Source: Callorhinchus milii (Eukaryota). Taken from it: a DNA stretch of 64,000 nt. Shown in pieces: positions 40,023 through 53,025 of this stretch (position 1 is the stretch's first letter; every line of letters starts with the position of its first letter). Made by a program: the position numbers and the translations under genes. The notes below the pieces were generated by a model. The model had not been told where the DNA came from. It ran no database searches and saw only the letters and a list, made by a program, of their open reading frames with translations. The stretch spans positions 34,040,001 to 34,104,000 of the forward strand of contig NW_024704742.1 of NCBI RefSeq assembly GCF_018977255.1, written 5' to 3'.

Positions 40023-40509
40023 GTATTCTCAAGCCTCAAAGGTCAGTAAATTTGTCAACAGAAGACTAAACCCCGTGCCTTGGAGTTTCTCATCTCATCT
40101 AGAAAAACAGAAATGCTTTAATAAAAGGATGCTGTGTTAAATGTGAACTTTACTCTCAACTTTCTTTTTATAAAAAGAACAATTTTATTTTTATCCACTT
40201 TTCTGGTTTTTTTCACGTCTTCAGGCTTCCTATGAAACCCATAATTTCCTGTTCAGCATAACCTCAAGTGTCTGTCAATGCAGCACTCATGCCAGCACAA
40301 AGTGCAATGTAAATTTATATCCTGTATGCAATCGTTTTCTTGATTCGTCTAATTTGGTTTGCTGGAATTTATCATTTTCCTAATACCGAGATTCTGTTGG
40401 ATCAATCATCCATCACTTTTTTGACAAAAGCTTTGCATTAGAGGACTTTGTGAAAACAAGTGCTGCCTTTAGTCAGCAACTACTGATTGGGTCAATGCAT
40501 TGAATTATA

Positions 40510-40790
40510 CAACAGCAGCAAATTGCATTTATATAGTGCTCTTCACCTGGGCAGCATCTTGGAGCCAGATGCGTTGGGTGTGAGATATGGTCGGAGGCAG
40601 GTGATGTGGCAGAGTGGAGGAAAACAGTCTAGGTCAGAGACCGGATTTGGGGTAGGAAGGACAGTTGAGGATTGAATCTGATGTCCAGGTTGCGCACAGA
40701 TTGAGTGAGTCTGAGAGATAAACTAGGGGAGGTAAAGGAAGTTAGAGCCACAGGTGAGAAGATGTTGATGGGAGCCAAGGAGGATAGTTA
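40510..40790 (-). mobile_element. L2 RT fragment and tail remnant
   Basis: Similar to 17780-18000. Confidence 0.75.
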
Positions 40791-43194
40791 AGGATATATG
40801 GCATGGAAACAGGCTATTCAGCCAAACTTGGAGGGATATGACTCAAGAAGCAGATTGAGTTGGTGCAACAGATTTCTGGATCTCTTAATTAAGAAATCCA
40901 TTAAGAAATATTGGAAAATACCCAAATATTGCAAGATCCCAAAGCCAGACTTTCAGCTGTTGTTACTAAATATAATTTTGTTAAGGATCACAGTCCCAAG
41001 TAGAATTTGATTTGAGGAAAAGCTCACACACACTGCCCGCAGAATGGTGGGATACAGACTGCATTCAGAATTCCTCCCAAAGTGAATTCCTGTTTCTAAT
41101 CATAATGCTGTGTATCAAGGATAACTTTTAAAAGGGAACCAGATCAATATCTAAAAAGGAGTAATGTGTAGAAGAATGGGACTGAATAGATTGCTCTTTC
41201 ACTTAAGGAGAAAAATCATGATGAATCAAATGGACTTCTGTGATGTAATAATAATAAGCCCTGCATTTGATATAGCACTTTATCATGTCTTCAAGATGTC
41301 TCAAAGTCCTTTGCAGAAAGTGAATTGACTGTATATTTTGTGGGTGAGCAGCCAATTGCGCACAGCAATGTAATATTTTATGGATAATTGTTGGTGACAC
41401 AATATTTTTGCCTTACAATATTTTTAAGCATTATAGGACGCTACCCCGCGTGAAGGGCACTACATAAATGCAAGTTGCTGTCATTGACACATATTTCTGG
41501 GTTTCTTAAATTTGCAACATCTTGCAAAACTTTTGGTGTGAGATATTCATTATAGGTTAACATTACGTATTACACTTTCATCCTCTCCTCACAGACAATT
41601 GTATGTGTGGGATTGGGTTGTGTATGATGAAAATGCCTATACAGTATATAAACCCCAAATAATAAAAATAATAATCCTTGAATTTAATAAAGTGCCTATA
41701 GAGCATGGAAAAGTTGTGAAATTAAGTGACTGAGTATTTGTACGCAAACATGGCAACCAAATTGCACACTGCAAGGTCCTATAAACAAACTTAAGTGAGC
41801 CATAAGTGAATCAATGGAATATTACCAAGTGGACAAAGCTCAGACTATGCCTTCAGCAAAAACTTACAAAGAGGGTTGCTCTCCATCCCAGCAATACACT
41901 ATTCATAAGACAGAGTAGATGACTTTGTGAATTAAATATTGAGATAGGATTGAGATCCTTAAAAAAATTAGGGTTACTAATTCAGATAATAATAATAATA
42001 ATCCCTCCATTATATGTCAACTGCATTAAATTTTGATTGATTACTTGCCAATCAGATGTGTGAAGCACTTTGAGATATCCTCCGAACGTGAAAGGCACTA
42101 TATAAACGTAACTTGTATTTTATTGTATATAGTGAGTGATACAAAAAGTAGGTTGACTGACAAGCAGGAACTTACACCACAAATTGGCAGATATTATGAT
42201 GTTCCTTTTAAAATGTGGTTTTAATACTCCTTTTTGAAATGAAGTCACGTGGAACGGATATGGCGTATTTAAGTTTAAAAATAAACCCATGAGATTATTT
42301 AAAACTTGAGTTCAGCAACAAACAGTATCATCAAGCTCAGTGCTGAATAGAGGCCCATTAACTGTTCTTCATCTCTGGTGAATTACGTCCTCACAGCACC
42401 AAGTGGTTTCTCAATGACCTTTATTGTGATTTAATATACAGCCACTATCCTACACTCAGCTAATAAATCTCACTGCAGTGTCATAAGCCTACTAAATCTG
42501 CACCACATTGAAGTTCAAAATGGCCAGGAAAATGTCTACTATAATAACGACATTTTAGATCTAATGGTGGTTCTTGGATTTCGGAATCTTTTTGGCAGAT
42601 ATGAAGGATGTCCAGTCTGCACCCTGTCTGGGACTGTGGTGAACCACAGCAATGATATGATGATATGTTAGACATTGGTCAGAAGCCCTGCAGCCTCTCA
42701 CGTACAGGCCTACAACACTTACACAAGCCGATTTACAATGCATAGTTCAACTGCGAGGCAAAGTTTGACTGAAAGAAGCAAAATGTGAGAGCTTTGTAGA
42801 GCTCTCACTTCATTAACCTTGTTTTTTGGATTCCAAGGCAATGACCTAACCTAATCAGACTTTTGTTTTGTTCTTTCACTGGTGTTTCTAATTTGATCAT
42901 GGCATGTGAGTTAACACTCCTGTCATGTAAAATCTTCTGAAAGATATTGTAATGGTCTGGTTTAGAAATGAGAAAATGTTGCTCAATAATCCACATATTA
43001 AACTAAGCAAACTGCCACACTGGGTCCCAATGTAAGTAACTGCAATGTAAAGTGCACAAAGGTGAATAAGTAGTAAATCATTGTAGGCTTCTTTGAACGT
43101 TTTAGCCAGTCAAAGTAACACTCCTGTGGGAGGGAATGTTCCATTGAAGAGTTTGTGTGAGACTTCCTAACTTTTGTTTCTTTACAGAAAAAAA

Positions 43195-43780
43195 GCATCA
43201 AACTATTTAAGGGGAATCTTGACCCTAAAAGAGAAGGGAATAGTGAGACATGAGAGAGGGGATTAGGAGGGGTGGAGGCTCATGGAGAGTATAAAGAGCA
43301 GTTGGGCTGAATTGCCTGTTTCTGTGCTGTATCACTCATTGCCCAAAATGTAGGCTTTAAAAAGTCGAATGCTCAATGACTCCAGATGTGCGCTATATGG
43401 TCAACTTATTTATTGTTGAGGTACGGATCAGCCATGATCTAACAGAATGGCAGAAAAGCCTTGAGGGGCTGAATGCCTACTCCTGTTCCTATGTTCTAAT
43501 TTGACCATTCAGTTTCTATACAGCAGCGCAATGTGACACAAGTATAGATTGACTTTAGAGATGTTAAGGATTTTCAAAAGAAAGCAGTAACCACTGCAGA
43601 AAAAAAATTATCTAAACTGTCTATAATTAAATAAACGCTTGAAGCAAAATAACATGGGTTATAAGGTAAGAGCAGAAGGATTGGTTTGAAATAAAGTGCT
43701 CCAGTGGCGAACCAAGCACTAACAGACATAATGGAACAAATGGCTATCTGCTGTGCTATAAACAGTCTATGATTCTATGT
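43195..43780 (+). mobile_element. Cluster of three CR1-type 3' end remnants
   Basis: Three separate termini: gggctgaattgcctgtttctgtgctgt (~43305), ggggctgaatgcctactcctgttcctatgttct (~43466) and atggctatctgctgtgctata..tctatgattctatg (~43740). Confidence 0.55.
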
Positions 43781-43794
43781 ATACATAGATACAC

Positions 43795-44003
43795 TAATGG
43801 ATGGAGTGGTCCGAGCCGGAGAAGCTGTGGGAAGCATGGCCATCATTGTTTGCTGTTTTAGCTGGTTAAAATAAAGCACACTCAAAAGTATACTGTGAGA
43901 TTCCCCAAGCCTTGGCTCTTGCCAACGTTCGCCTAGTGCCTTTTAGAATGAAGTGAGCAGAGTGTGTCCCTCTGGGGCGCGAGTGGCACATAACATTCCA
44001 GAC
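43795..44003 (-). repeat. Unclassified dispersed repeat family X, inverted fragment
   Basis: Reverse complement of 34145-34367, e.g. ccccaagccttggctcttgccaac and ctaatggatggagtggtcc. Confidence 0.75.
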
Positions 44004-44040
44004 AAGTGGAAATTTCCATATCTATGTGCTGCTCTCAACT

Positions 44041-44414
44041 GTGGAGTCCTGGAGCTCAGTGGTTCGAGCACTCGCCTCGCAAGCAAGAGACCTGGGTACG
44101 ATTCCCAGCAGGGCAAAATGTTTGGCAAGTTTCCTTACTCCACACGCCTCTGTTTACCTAGCAGTAATTTGTTAGTTGTTAGTCAATTGGTGGATCAGTT
44201 TTCCTGGGGTAATAATTCCTTCAAAAAATTTTTAAATAATAATTTGGTAACTCAATCCGTGACTGTTTGTGGTATGCTGCTGTGCGCAATTGGCTGCTGC
44301 GTTTCACCCACAAAATATAGTCAATTCACTTCACAGTATATTCTGTGAAGGGCTTTGAGATGTCTCAAAGACGAGATAAGGCATTATATCAAATGCAAGG
44401 ATTATTATTATTAT
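44041..44414 (+). mobile_element. tRNA-Ala-headed SINE, long subfamily, full length
   Basis: Colinear with 10333-10702. Confidence 0.95.
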
Positions 44415-46420
44415 TTAGTTTCGAAACTCGTAAGTATTGGGATGGGTTTCCACATGTGTGTCACACACATGGCTGCCCCCAAAAAAGACTTTAAGAATGC
44501 TGCCTTCTCTTTGCTCTTCCTATGCTAATATATTGGGATATTGTATAACATTTCTTTATGCCATTAAAGAATTAAATCCGCTCTGTTGCCCTGCTTGTTT
44601 TAGAAGCAGCTTACCTAATTGTAGTATTACAAGCAGCTGACAGTAGCCTTTTCCCTTGTAACAACTTGCGGGTAATTAAAGAAAAGGCACTTAAGTAGAA
44701 AAAGGTTGCTGATGGAACTGACAGAAGGAACTTGTTAGGTTTAAGAAGGAGCAGGTAAGCGCTCATCTGAATAGAGATTATTCACCTCTGACCGGTGCCC
44801 TGCGTGGAATGAGTGTATTAGTCCATTAACTGTAGGCTGGTGCATCACTCGTAATTACAGATAATAACAAGCAATTGTCTTGGCTTAGATAGTGATCAAC
44901 ATTAATTGCTAAACTAACTGCCATAATGAGGGTAATGGGGTGTTTGGAGATCTCTTCTCAGAAGGGTGGGCTCAGTCTGAAGTTGAGTGAGCAGATGATA
45001 TTTCAGGCATATGCAAACAGCAGCAAAATATAGTAATCTGAGAACATTGAAGGCAGTGAGCCATAAGTGCACATGACATTGCTGCATTTACCTATGTAGC
45101 ATTCACTTCATTGATCATATCAATAATTAGTTTGTAAATCTCTCTGAGTTATTTGAGACATATGAAATGCAATATAAATGCAAGTTATTATTACAAATTA
45201 TTCCAAATAATACTGAAATATTTTCCAGCCTAGTTACACAGCTAGTGAATCAATATTTCTTATTATGTTTTAATAACAATAATCTTAAATTTAGTGTAGC
45301 CCCTTTCATGTCGAGAGGACGTCTCAAAATATTTCACAGAATATTCTATAACATGTTGTATATTGTATAAAGTGTATATTCTGATCCCAGTATATTTTGA
45401 CCATATAGACAATACCTGCGTGAAGGGCGCTATATAAATGCAGGTTGTGTGCTTTTGTGTACAAACACCCACATTAAACCACATCTTTACAGTGCAATGT
45501 TTCATGTCTAGGTAATGGTAAGATTTAATATGGAATTTTTGTACCTAGCAGACTGACTGGAAAATTCTAGAAGTGTTTTATAGGACCAGATTATGCATAA
45601 ACTGGGTGTGGCACATTATTGCTTCATGTATGGACACTTCAATTTGTTTCATGTTCAAGAAAACCAACTTCGATGGCCGAACCTTCAGTTATTATGTCCC
45701 CGATCTCTGGACTTCCTCCATCCCGATTCCCCTTTCTCCTAGCTCAGCCTCCAACTCTGTGATGTTATCCTACGTGAAAGGAGCTATATAAATGCAACTT
45801 ATTGTCATTTTTCTGCTTTAACATTATCACCATCTATTTACTTTATGTTTGAATACATTGATAACTATACAGTTTGCTCCCTATTCACTGAAAAATGTTT
45901 TCTCCTCTGAAGAGATTGACCCTTGCATGTATCCTTTTTAGTGTGATCCAAAGTACTGGATCTGTGTAATGTTCCTACTGTCCAAGATAGTGGCCTATAC
46001 CCCAGTGGAGTGGGGCGCACTACACTTCCAAAATGAATGATCAAATTGTTGATTGATAAGGATTTAACACCTTTCCCTAATTGAAAGGTTATGCAACATT
46101 CCATGCTTTAGGAATGAACAGGAGGTGAACGAAATGTGGCAACCAATTGCACACAGCAGTGTCCCACAAACAGTTGTGGATTGAGTGACCAAAGTATTTT
46201 GGGGAGCTGTGGCGAAGAGGAATGCACTAAATCTGGGGAGAAATTGGCTGCGCGTCTAGATTGACCTCACAGACACAGCAATGTGACGAGCCATCTCAGC
46301 CGGTCTCTATTTTGAGATTATGACTGATTGTTTATTTCATTTCCCTGCCTTTCTGACACACCCCTTGCTTCTCAAGAATTAGTGGATCTACCTTGTAAAC
46401 ATCCTAATTGATTCTGTATG

Positions 46421-47180
46421 CTCCTTAAACTCCTCAACCTCCCTGGGCTCTCACTCAGACTCACCAAACCAGTGCGTAACCTAGGCGTCTGGTTCAACCC
46501 CCAATGATTTTTCCTCCTCCACATCTGGTCCCTGACCAGGATCGCTTTCTTCCACCTCTGCCACATTACCCACCTCTGACCGTACCTTACCCCAAATGCA
46601 TCCGAAACCCTTGTGCATGCGTTTGTCACCTTCCGCTTGGATTACTCCAACGCACTTCTTGCTTGTCTCCCCAGCTCCACCATTTACAAGATCCAGCTTA
46701 TTCAAACCTCTGTCGCCCGCATACTGACCTGGACCAAACTCCGTACCCACATCTCACCAGTTCTGGCCAGGCTCCACTGGCTCCCCATCACCGAACGGAC
46801 TGACTTCGAGATCCACACTCTTGTGTTCAAATTCATTCACTCCCTGGCACCTCCCTACCTCTCCGACCTCCTCACTCCCCAATCCACCACCCAGCACCTC
46901 TGCTCGACTGGCACTGGCCTCCGGTTCATCTCTTGCACCCTCCACCCCACCATCGGAGGTCATCCTTTCAGCCACTATGCCCCCAAACTCTGGAACACTC
47001 TCCCTCAATTGCTTTGCCTTGCCCCCTCTCTCCCCTCTTTCGAGTCCTGCCTGAAAACTTTCCTCTTTGACTGTGCTTATGGCCACGTCCCTCCGGCTCA
47101 GAGTCAGGCTCTACCACTGATAAGTGTTCTGACACACTACCCTGTGTGGAGGATGCTACATAAATGCAAGTTGTTGTTGT
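46421..47180 (+). mobile_element. L2 LINE, 5'-truncated, ORF2 C-terminus and tail
   Basis: ORF 46613-47203 reads HAFVTFRLDYSNALL...LHWLP...APPYLSDLL...FSHYAPKLWNTLP...LKTFLF, the canonical L2 end. (GTT)n tail. Confidence 0.95.
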
Positions 47181-47353
47181 TTATTCACAAACTTCTGGAG
47201 TAGTGCATCATTTCACATTTTCACAGCTTTCTGTGTGAGGCAACATTTTCTGGTCTCATTTCTAACAACAACAAAATTACATTTATAGAGTGCCTTTCAC
47301 ATCGGGAGGATGTCCCAAAGTGCCGAACAGTCACTGATTCCAAAAATATAAGA

Positions 47354-47548
47354 GTGGAGTCCTGTAGCATAGTGGTAAGAGTGCTCGCCTCACAAGTGAG
47401 AGGACCTGAGCTCGATTCCCGGATGGGGCAAAATCTTAGGCAAGTTTCCTTACTCCACATGCCTCTGTTTACATAGCAGTAAGTAGGAACTTGATTATTA
47501 GTCGACGTGATAAGATGCCGTATCAAATGTAAGGATTATTATATTATA
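47354..47548 (+). mobile_element. tRNA-Ala-headed SINE with large internal deletion
   Basis: Head and CORE-like block are joined directly to the terminal gacgtgataag...(ATT)n. Confidence 0.85.
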
Positions 47549-48475
47549 AGTATGCTTAGGGTTGACCTTCCCTTCCCGTTTTGGGAATCACCAAGTCCGT
47601 CGATGGCTCCCCCATTGAGGCAGGTAAGATTTTGGAGGATGATGATGTTTCTTGCTCCAAGAGTCATTGGCACTATAAATATCACAAGCGCGTAAATGCT
47701 AAGACCTGGCAACAGAGAACCACTCCTTCCTTCACTTCCACATCTTGCAGTCTTCCCTGACTTGTCAAATGGGGAAATGAAGCAGGGAGCAAGGCTCCAA
47801 TGTAAAGATTAATTTATGTTTTTGTAATATTTTACAGTCACAATGAGTCACGGAGTGAGTGACTTAAGAGATTTAGCTTCCTGATAAATTATTAAAATAT
47901 AGTGTTTTTAGAGCTGTCGGTGCTATAGTTGCAGAAAGATTAGCAGAAAAGTAATCCAGCCCCAGCACCTGAATTCGTTATATGCCCAATAAGTTAATTT
48001 GTACCATAATGTGGTCTGAAATGATGGTTTATGTTAGTATTACCTTATTGTCATGGGAGCAATTCCACAACTATTATGGTGCAAGCACTTACAGTGCTAC
48101 CTCGATCACCCACTGCATCTGACCTGAGAGGCAGATCTCTATCCTGTCTACTTACTTCATTTAACTATCTCTTCTACACTTTCTATCATCTCTCCAGCTC
48201 TGTTGCGTCATCTTCTGTCAGGTTCTACTTCTCTACCTCTCTATTTTCCCAACTTTTTTTTACAATGAGTTGTTAGGATGTGGAACCAGGTTGAAGCAGA
48301 ATTCATTTTACGTTTTAAAAGACATGCATAAATAAATATTAAAAAAGGAGATATATTACAGATATGTGGAATGGAAGGAGAATGGGACTAAACAAATGGC
48401 TCCTTTAGAATGTCAGCACAGATATGCTGAGCTGAATACCCCTTCCATCTTTTAAATTGTTATGGTTTTATAGTT

Positions 48476-48700
48476 CAACAACAACAGTAATAACAACAAC
48501 AAACTTGCACGTGTACAGCTCTCTTCACTCAGGGTAACGTCTCAGAGTGTTTAACATTGGTGGAGCTTGACGTCGGGCCAGGAGAATGGCAGGTGACCGT
48601 AGGCAGGATGGAAGAGAAAGGCCTTCTGGTATGATCTGAAAACGAGTAAGGAGGAGTCAAGGTAGAGGCATTGAGGCAGAGAGTTCCATCGTTTCAAGGT
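48476..48700 (-). mobile_element. L2 3' end fragment
   Basis: (AAC)n tail; minus strand reads WNSLPQCL...KAFLF. Confidence 0.8.
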
Positions 48701-48947
48701 AGAGTAGCAGCAGCTGTTGTTGTTGTTGTTGTTGTCATCATCTGTGTCTTGTTCACAGGCTGACAAATCACTGCTTGCCAGGCTTTGACAGTAAACTGTG
48801 TAATTGGTACTTTGGATAGTATTAGGAGTCACTTCAGCCACAGAAAAACTGGATGTCAGCCTTGAAATGTCAGTCAGCTTTTCAAAAGCATTCAACTCCA
48901 AACAATGTCAAAATGAAGAGAAACTTCTAATTGTTCACCAATATAGT

Positions 48948-49267
48948 GAGCAGAACCAGATTGACACGGCAACCAATAAATTGTTCCACAACTTTATCCA
49001 ATGTGACTGTATCCATAAATTTTGGTGTCACTAGACTGATATATATATTATCAGGTACGTATCCTCCTCTTGAAAACTGTGGGATGTTGGGGGTAGAACC
49101 AGCATTTATCTTTTGTCTATGTTTCCTTGTCTTTTGCTGTAGCTTTCTGGTCATGTGCACAGACCCTGTAAATGTTTTTTTCCGGCACCTTTGAACTTCT
49201 GCATATGCTTGCATTGAATTAATTTGTGAAACAATTTATTGGTTGCCTTGTTAATCTGCTTCTGTTC
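48948..49267. repeat. Diverged 75-bp inverted repeat
   Basis: Arms 48948-49022 and 49193-49267 align without gaps, with 17 mismatches by hand count. Confidence 0.85.
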
Positions 49268-51759
49268 TTTAGATCTTTGTGTATTGCATTTCACTGCCAC
49301 CCAGTTAATGTCACTAATCCACTTCCTGGGGTACTGTGACATTCGTGGAAATTTGGAAACTCTGTTGGCTTTCTTACTTATCATAATCCATGCCCATCTT
49401 TGCCTTCTGTTGTCATAGCACTGATGACTCTGTGCCAAACAAAGCATCTTTAAATTTCAGGAATAGTTTGGCTAAGCTAAACAGAATGGCTTTCATAAGA
49501 TGTGGTTGCTTCCATTCTGCAATCTTTAGCACCATGAGAATATATTAGCAATATTTACATCCCTTTGGGGGGCAGATTTTAATAATTCCCACTAACTTTT
49601 ATTTGGGTATTTTAATTTACTGCTGGCAGTTAAGCCAGGGTGCTGCTTAGGAAGCTGCAGCCCGGGTGTGAGTTCAGGCATTTAGTTCAGGCATTAAGAA
49701 AGAGCAAATGGCTCGACATCTAAATATTGGAAATTTTCCTCCTTGTCTTTTGCTTTTCAAATCTCTTTTTCAGTTGTGACAATTCCTGGTTAACAGTACC
49801 ATTCTGCATTGGTCCACTTTAATAGCTAATAACCCATTTTCCCATCACCTAGCAAATCTAAAGTATTTTATTTTCTATTTGACTGGCTGCTCCAGACATC
49901 TAATAGGCTCATCTGCAGGAAGTACTTACATGCAAGTCATGTTCTTTATGATTGCTCCCTTTATCCCCTTTCCTCGGCCAGAACATTCATTTCAAAACAT
50001 TATTAAACACAGAATGTTATGCCAACGTGGTGTATGAAGCCTATAGTACTGAGACATTTATGCTTTGCAGTATTCCTCTGCGGAAAGCTGAAGACGTGCA
50101 TGACCTGAATTGTAAAGTTACTCTAAACTTGGTTCTTCATCTAAACCTAATTAAAGTGGGTTACCGTTAAAGAAGGAACTTGCATTTTCATCTCGCCTTA
50201 TGACGTTGAAACAACAACATACATTTATATAGCACCCTTCATGTAGAATAACGTTTCAAAGTGCTTTACAATGATAGAGTTAAAGCCTGAGTGAGTGGGA
50301 AATTGGAGATGACCATCAGCCCAGTCAAAGAGGTATTTTAGGAGGAATTTAAAGACGGATAGAGAGGTGGCGAAGACAGAGTTGTGACTCTCCTCGGTGT
50401 TATACATGGCAACCATTTGTGACATCAAGTTGCCTCGGTCACCTGAATGACCAATGAATCTGGAGATTTGAGAGCTGTGATGCCAGGAGAAACTCCCTTC
50501 TTTTTTTGAAGTGTCAATGGATCTTTAACATCAACCAACAAAATGGCAGATGGGAATATTGGTTAATATCTCATCTGAAAGACAGCACCTTCGACAATGC
50601 AGTTTGCGCTGCACTGGAGTGTCAGTCGAGATTTTAGATAGGCTCAAGTCTTGCCGTGAGGCTTGGACATTTTAAACACTCTGGGATGCTACCCTGCGAG
50701 AGGGGCACTATATAAATGCAAGTTGTTGTTGTTGACACACACTAACATCATAAAGTTCCTAACAATAGATGCCAATAAGATTGAAGTAGGATCGAAGTTT
50801 AAAATATTTTCTTTAAAGAAAACTACCAACCTAGCCAATGTACAATGGCCAGGTGCCATTCACAGCAGGCCTTTGTGTTTTTATTTGTACTTTTTCGCCA
50901 TAGACTTAAAATTGCTCCACAAAGGCTAGTAGAGATGTTTCAGCTTTAAGTTGTCAAAAATCAGTAAGCAAGGTTTACTAAAAGGTCTGTAGCTTGATTA
51001 AATGTGCATTCACCAAGGATCTTCTATAATGCAGGGGAATTACGTCCCAACTGGCAATCCTGACTCCTGTGATTTACAAGCCAACTGGACACTGTTCTCA
51101 AACCACTTCATTGTTTTCTATCCTGAACATTCACTTCCTGTTTTTATCATCCCCACATGTAAGGCCCGGAGTTAATGTTTCAGGGATATAGACTGAAGAG
51201 AGATAGGGTTATTCCTTTCAACTCTCAAAGGGTTTCAAAACAAAAACTCCCTGGCGTGACTTAAGAGTAGATCCCTGGATTTCAAATCACATTTCAAAAG
51301 TTTCAGTTTACACTTCTAAAGCTCACCACACCCTGGGGAAGAGAGACTCCCTGACAGATTCCCAACCTCGCTCAGTGACTAAGAATATTGACTTCTCATT
51401 GAAGGGTACATCATACCATTGTGATTACATTTAAATTGTTATCCATCTTTTAAAATGTCAGTCAGATTAACAAAGCAATTAGGAGATTTCTTAAGGACGG
51501 AGCTCAAGAAATTCTGAAAGGACGTTGTCGCCAATTGTGACCAAAGATGTTCTTCTTTCTGATTTTCATTGCATGCTTTGACTTGTTCACTCCGTTTGAC
51601 TGATTTTGTGGTTAGGTGTGTCTGAAAATAGATGGGTTTGACATGCTTATTGTTCAACCCGATTGACTAATTGTACGTTTGGGTTGTTTGAAAATAGATT
51701 GGTTTGTAAATGTATTCAACCCTTAGCTCTCTATCTTCCCTCACATCCTATCCCCAACT

Positions 51760-52380
51760 AAGATTGCTTTACTGCATCTTTGCATCTGTCTCTATCTTGA
51801 GTCCAACACTGCTGAAGCCTGCATTCACACCTTTATTACCACCAGATTCAACTTTTCCAATAACTTCCTCACTGGCCTCCCGATCTCCACCATTCACAAG
51901 CTCCAACTTATTCATGACTCTAACCCCTGATCATTACCCACAGGAAACTTTGCATGTCCATCCCCTCCATCCTCACCAAGTTCCGCTATCCTCGAATAGA
52001 TCAACTCCAAGATCCTCACTCTCATTTATAAATTCCATCACCTCCTCGTACTTCCCTACCTTTGTGACCTTATTCCCTCTCCTACTCTTCCCTCTGCTCA
52101 GCAAACTCAGGCCTGCTGAACATCCCATCTTTCTCTGCCCCAGGGTTTGTGGCCAAGCCTTTATTCACTATGCTCCCACTCTCTAGAACTCCTTCAGACC
52201 CTCAGTCTTGGTCCCACTTATTTGTCTTGAAAAGCCAACAAAAAATTTGCCTCTTCAACCATAATTAGTCTCCCTCTTACCTGTGCCCCTGCCCCCCAGA
52301 TCCTTCTCATTGTTCACCACCAGCTCTATAAACCACGCTGAGATGTTACTCTGATGCAAATAAATGCAAGTTATTATCAT
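51760..52380 (+). mobile_element. Old L2 ORF2 3' remnant
   Basis: Decayed equivalent of 46560-47180 (accagattcaacttttccaat, cactatgctcccactctctagaactcc, aaatgcaagttattat). Confidence 0.75.
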
Positions 52381-53025
52381 TTTAATGTTATAAAAATGGT
52401 TTTACAGCTACGCTATCTATGAAAGCATACCTGGCTTATGAGAACATCTATTCTATGGGAACATTTATTCCAAGAACAATTTTCTCCTACACCTCACCTG
52501 CCACCAGCATTGCAATTGGAAAAACGTGCTTATTTATGAGAACACCCAAGACTGGATTCTGTAAAACATGCTCAATTCCTAGCCAGCACTACAACGGATC
52601 CATTACTGGATTAGCTGATGTAAGTACTTTAAACAAAAGCAATGGAGTTTCATTTGCATGTAGTTAACAAGTATTGTGACCCCTTGTGATGAGTGCTGAT
52701 TAAGGTTTTTATAAATTAAGTATGATTGTTTGAATAGATTTTACATAAACCATTGCTTATGCCTTACGTTTATAGAGCTAAGGAGCTCAGTGAACTGTTT
52801 TTATTATGAACGTTAAAATGATTGGCCCAATCTCTAACAACCGTTAGTGTGAGTAGAGATGGGCTAGTTATAGGGGCAGCCCTCTTAGAACATGCCCTGG
52901 TGGAGCACAGGTCTGGTCTATTGTGAACCGTTGCTATACTGGAAGCACAGTACATCCGGCTTCTGGTGCTGAGGAGCTGGTTTCCTTGGTCAAAATATGG
53001 CTGCCTTCTGGGTCATCAGGTCATG

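Noticed and set aside
46613..47203. Longest ORF (196 aa) as a host gene
   Set aside because: It is the C-terminus of L2 ORF2 in a 5'-truncated copy.
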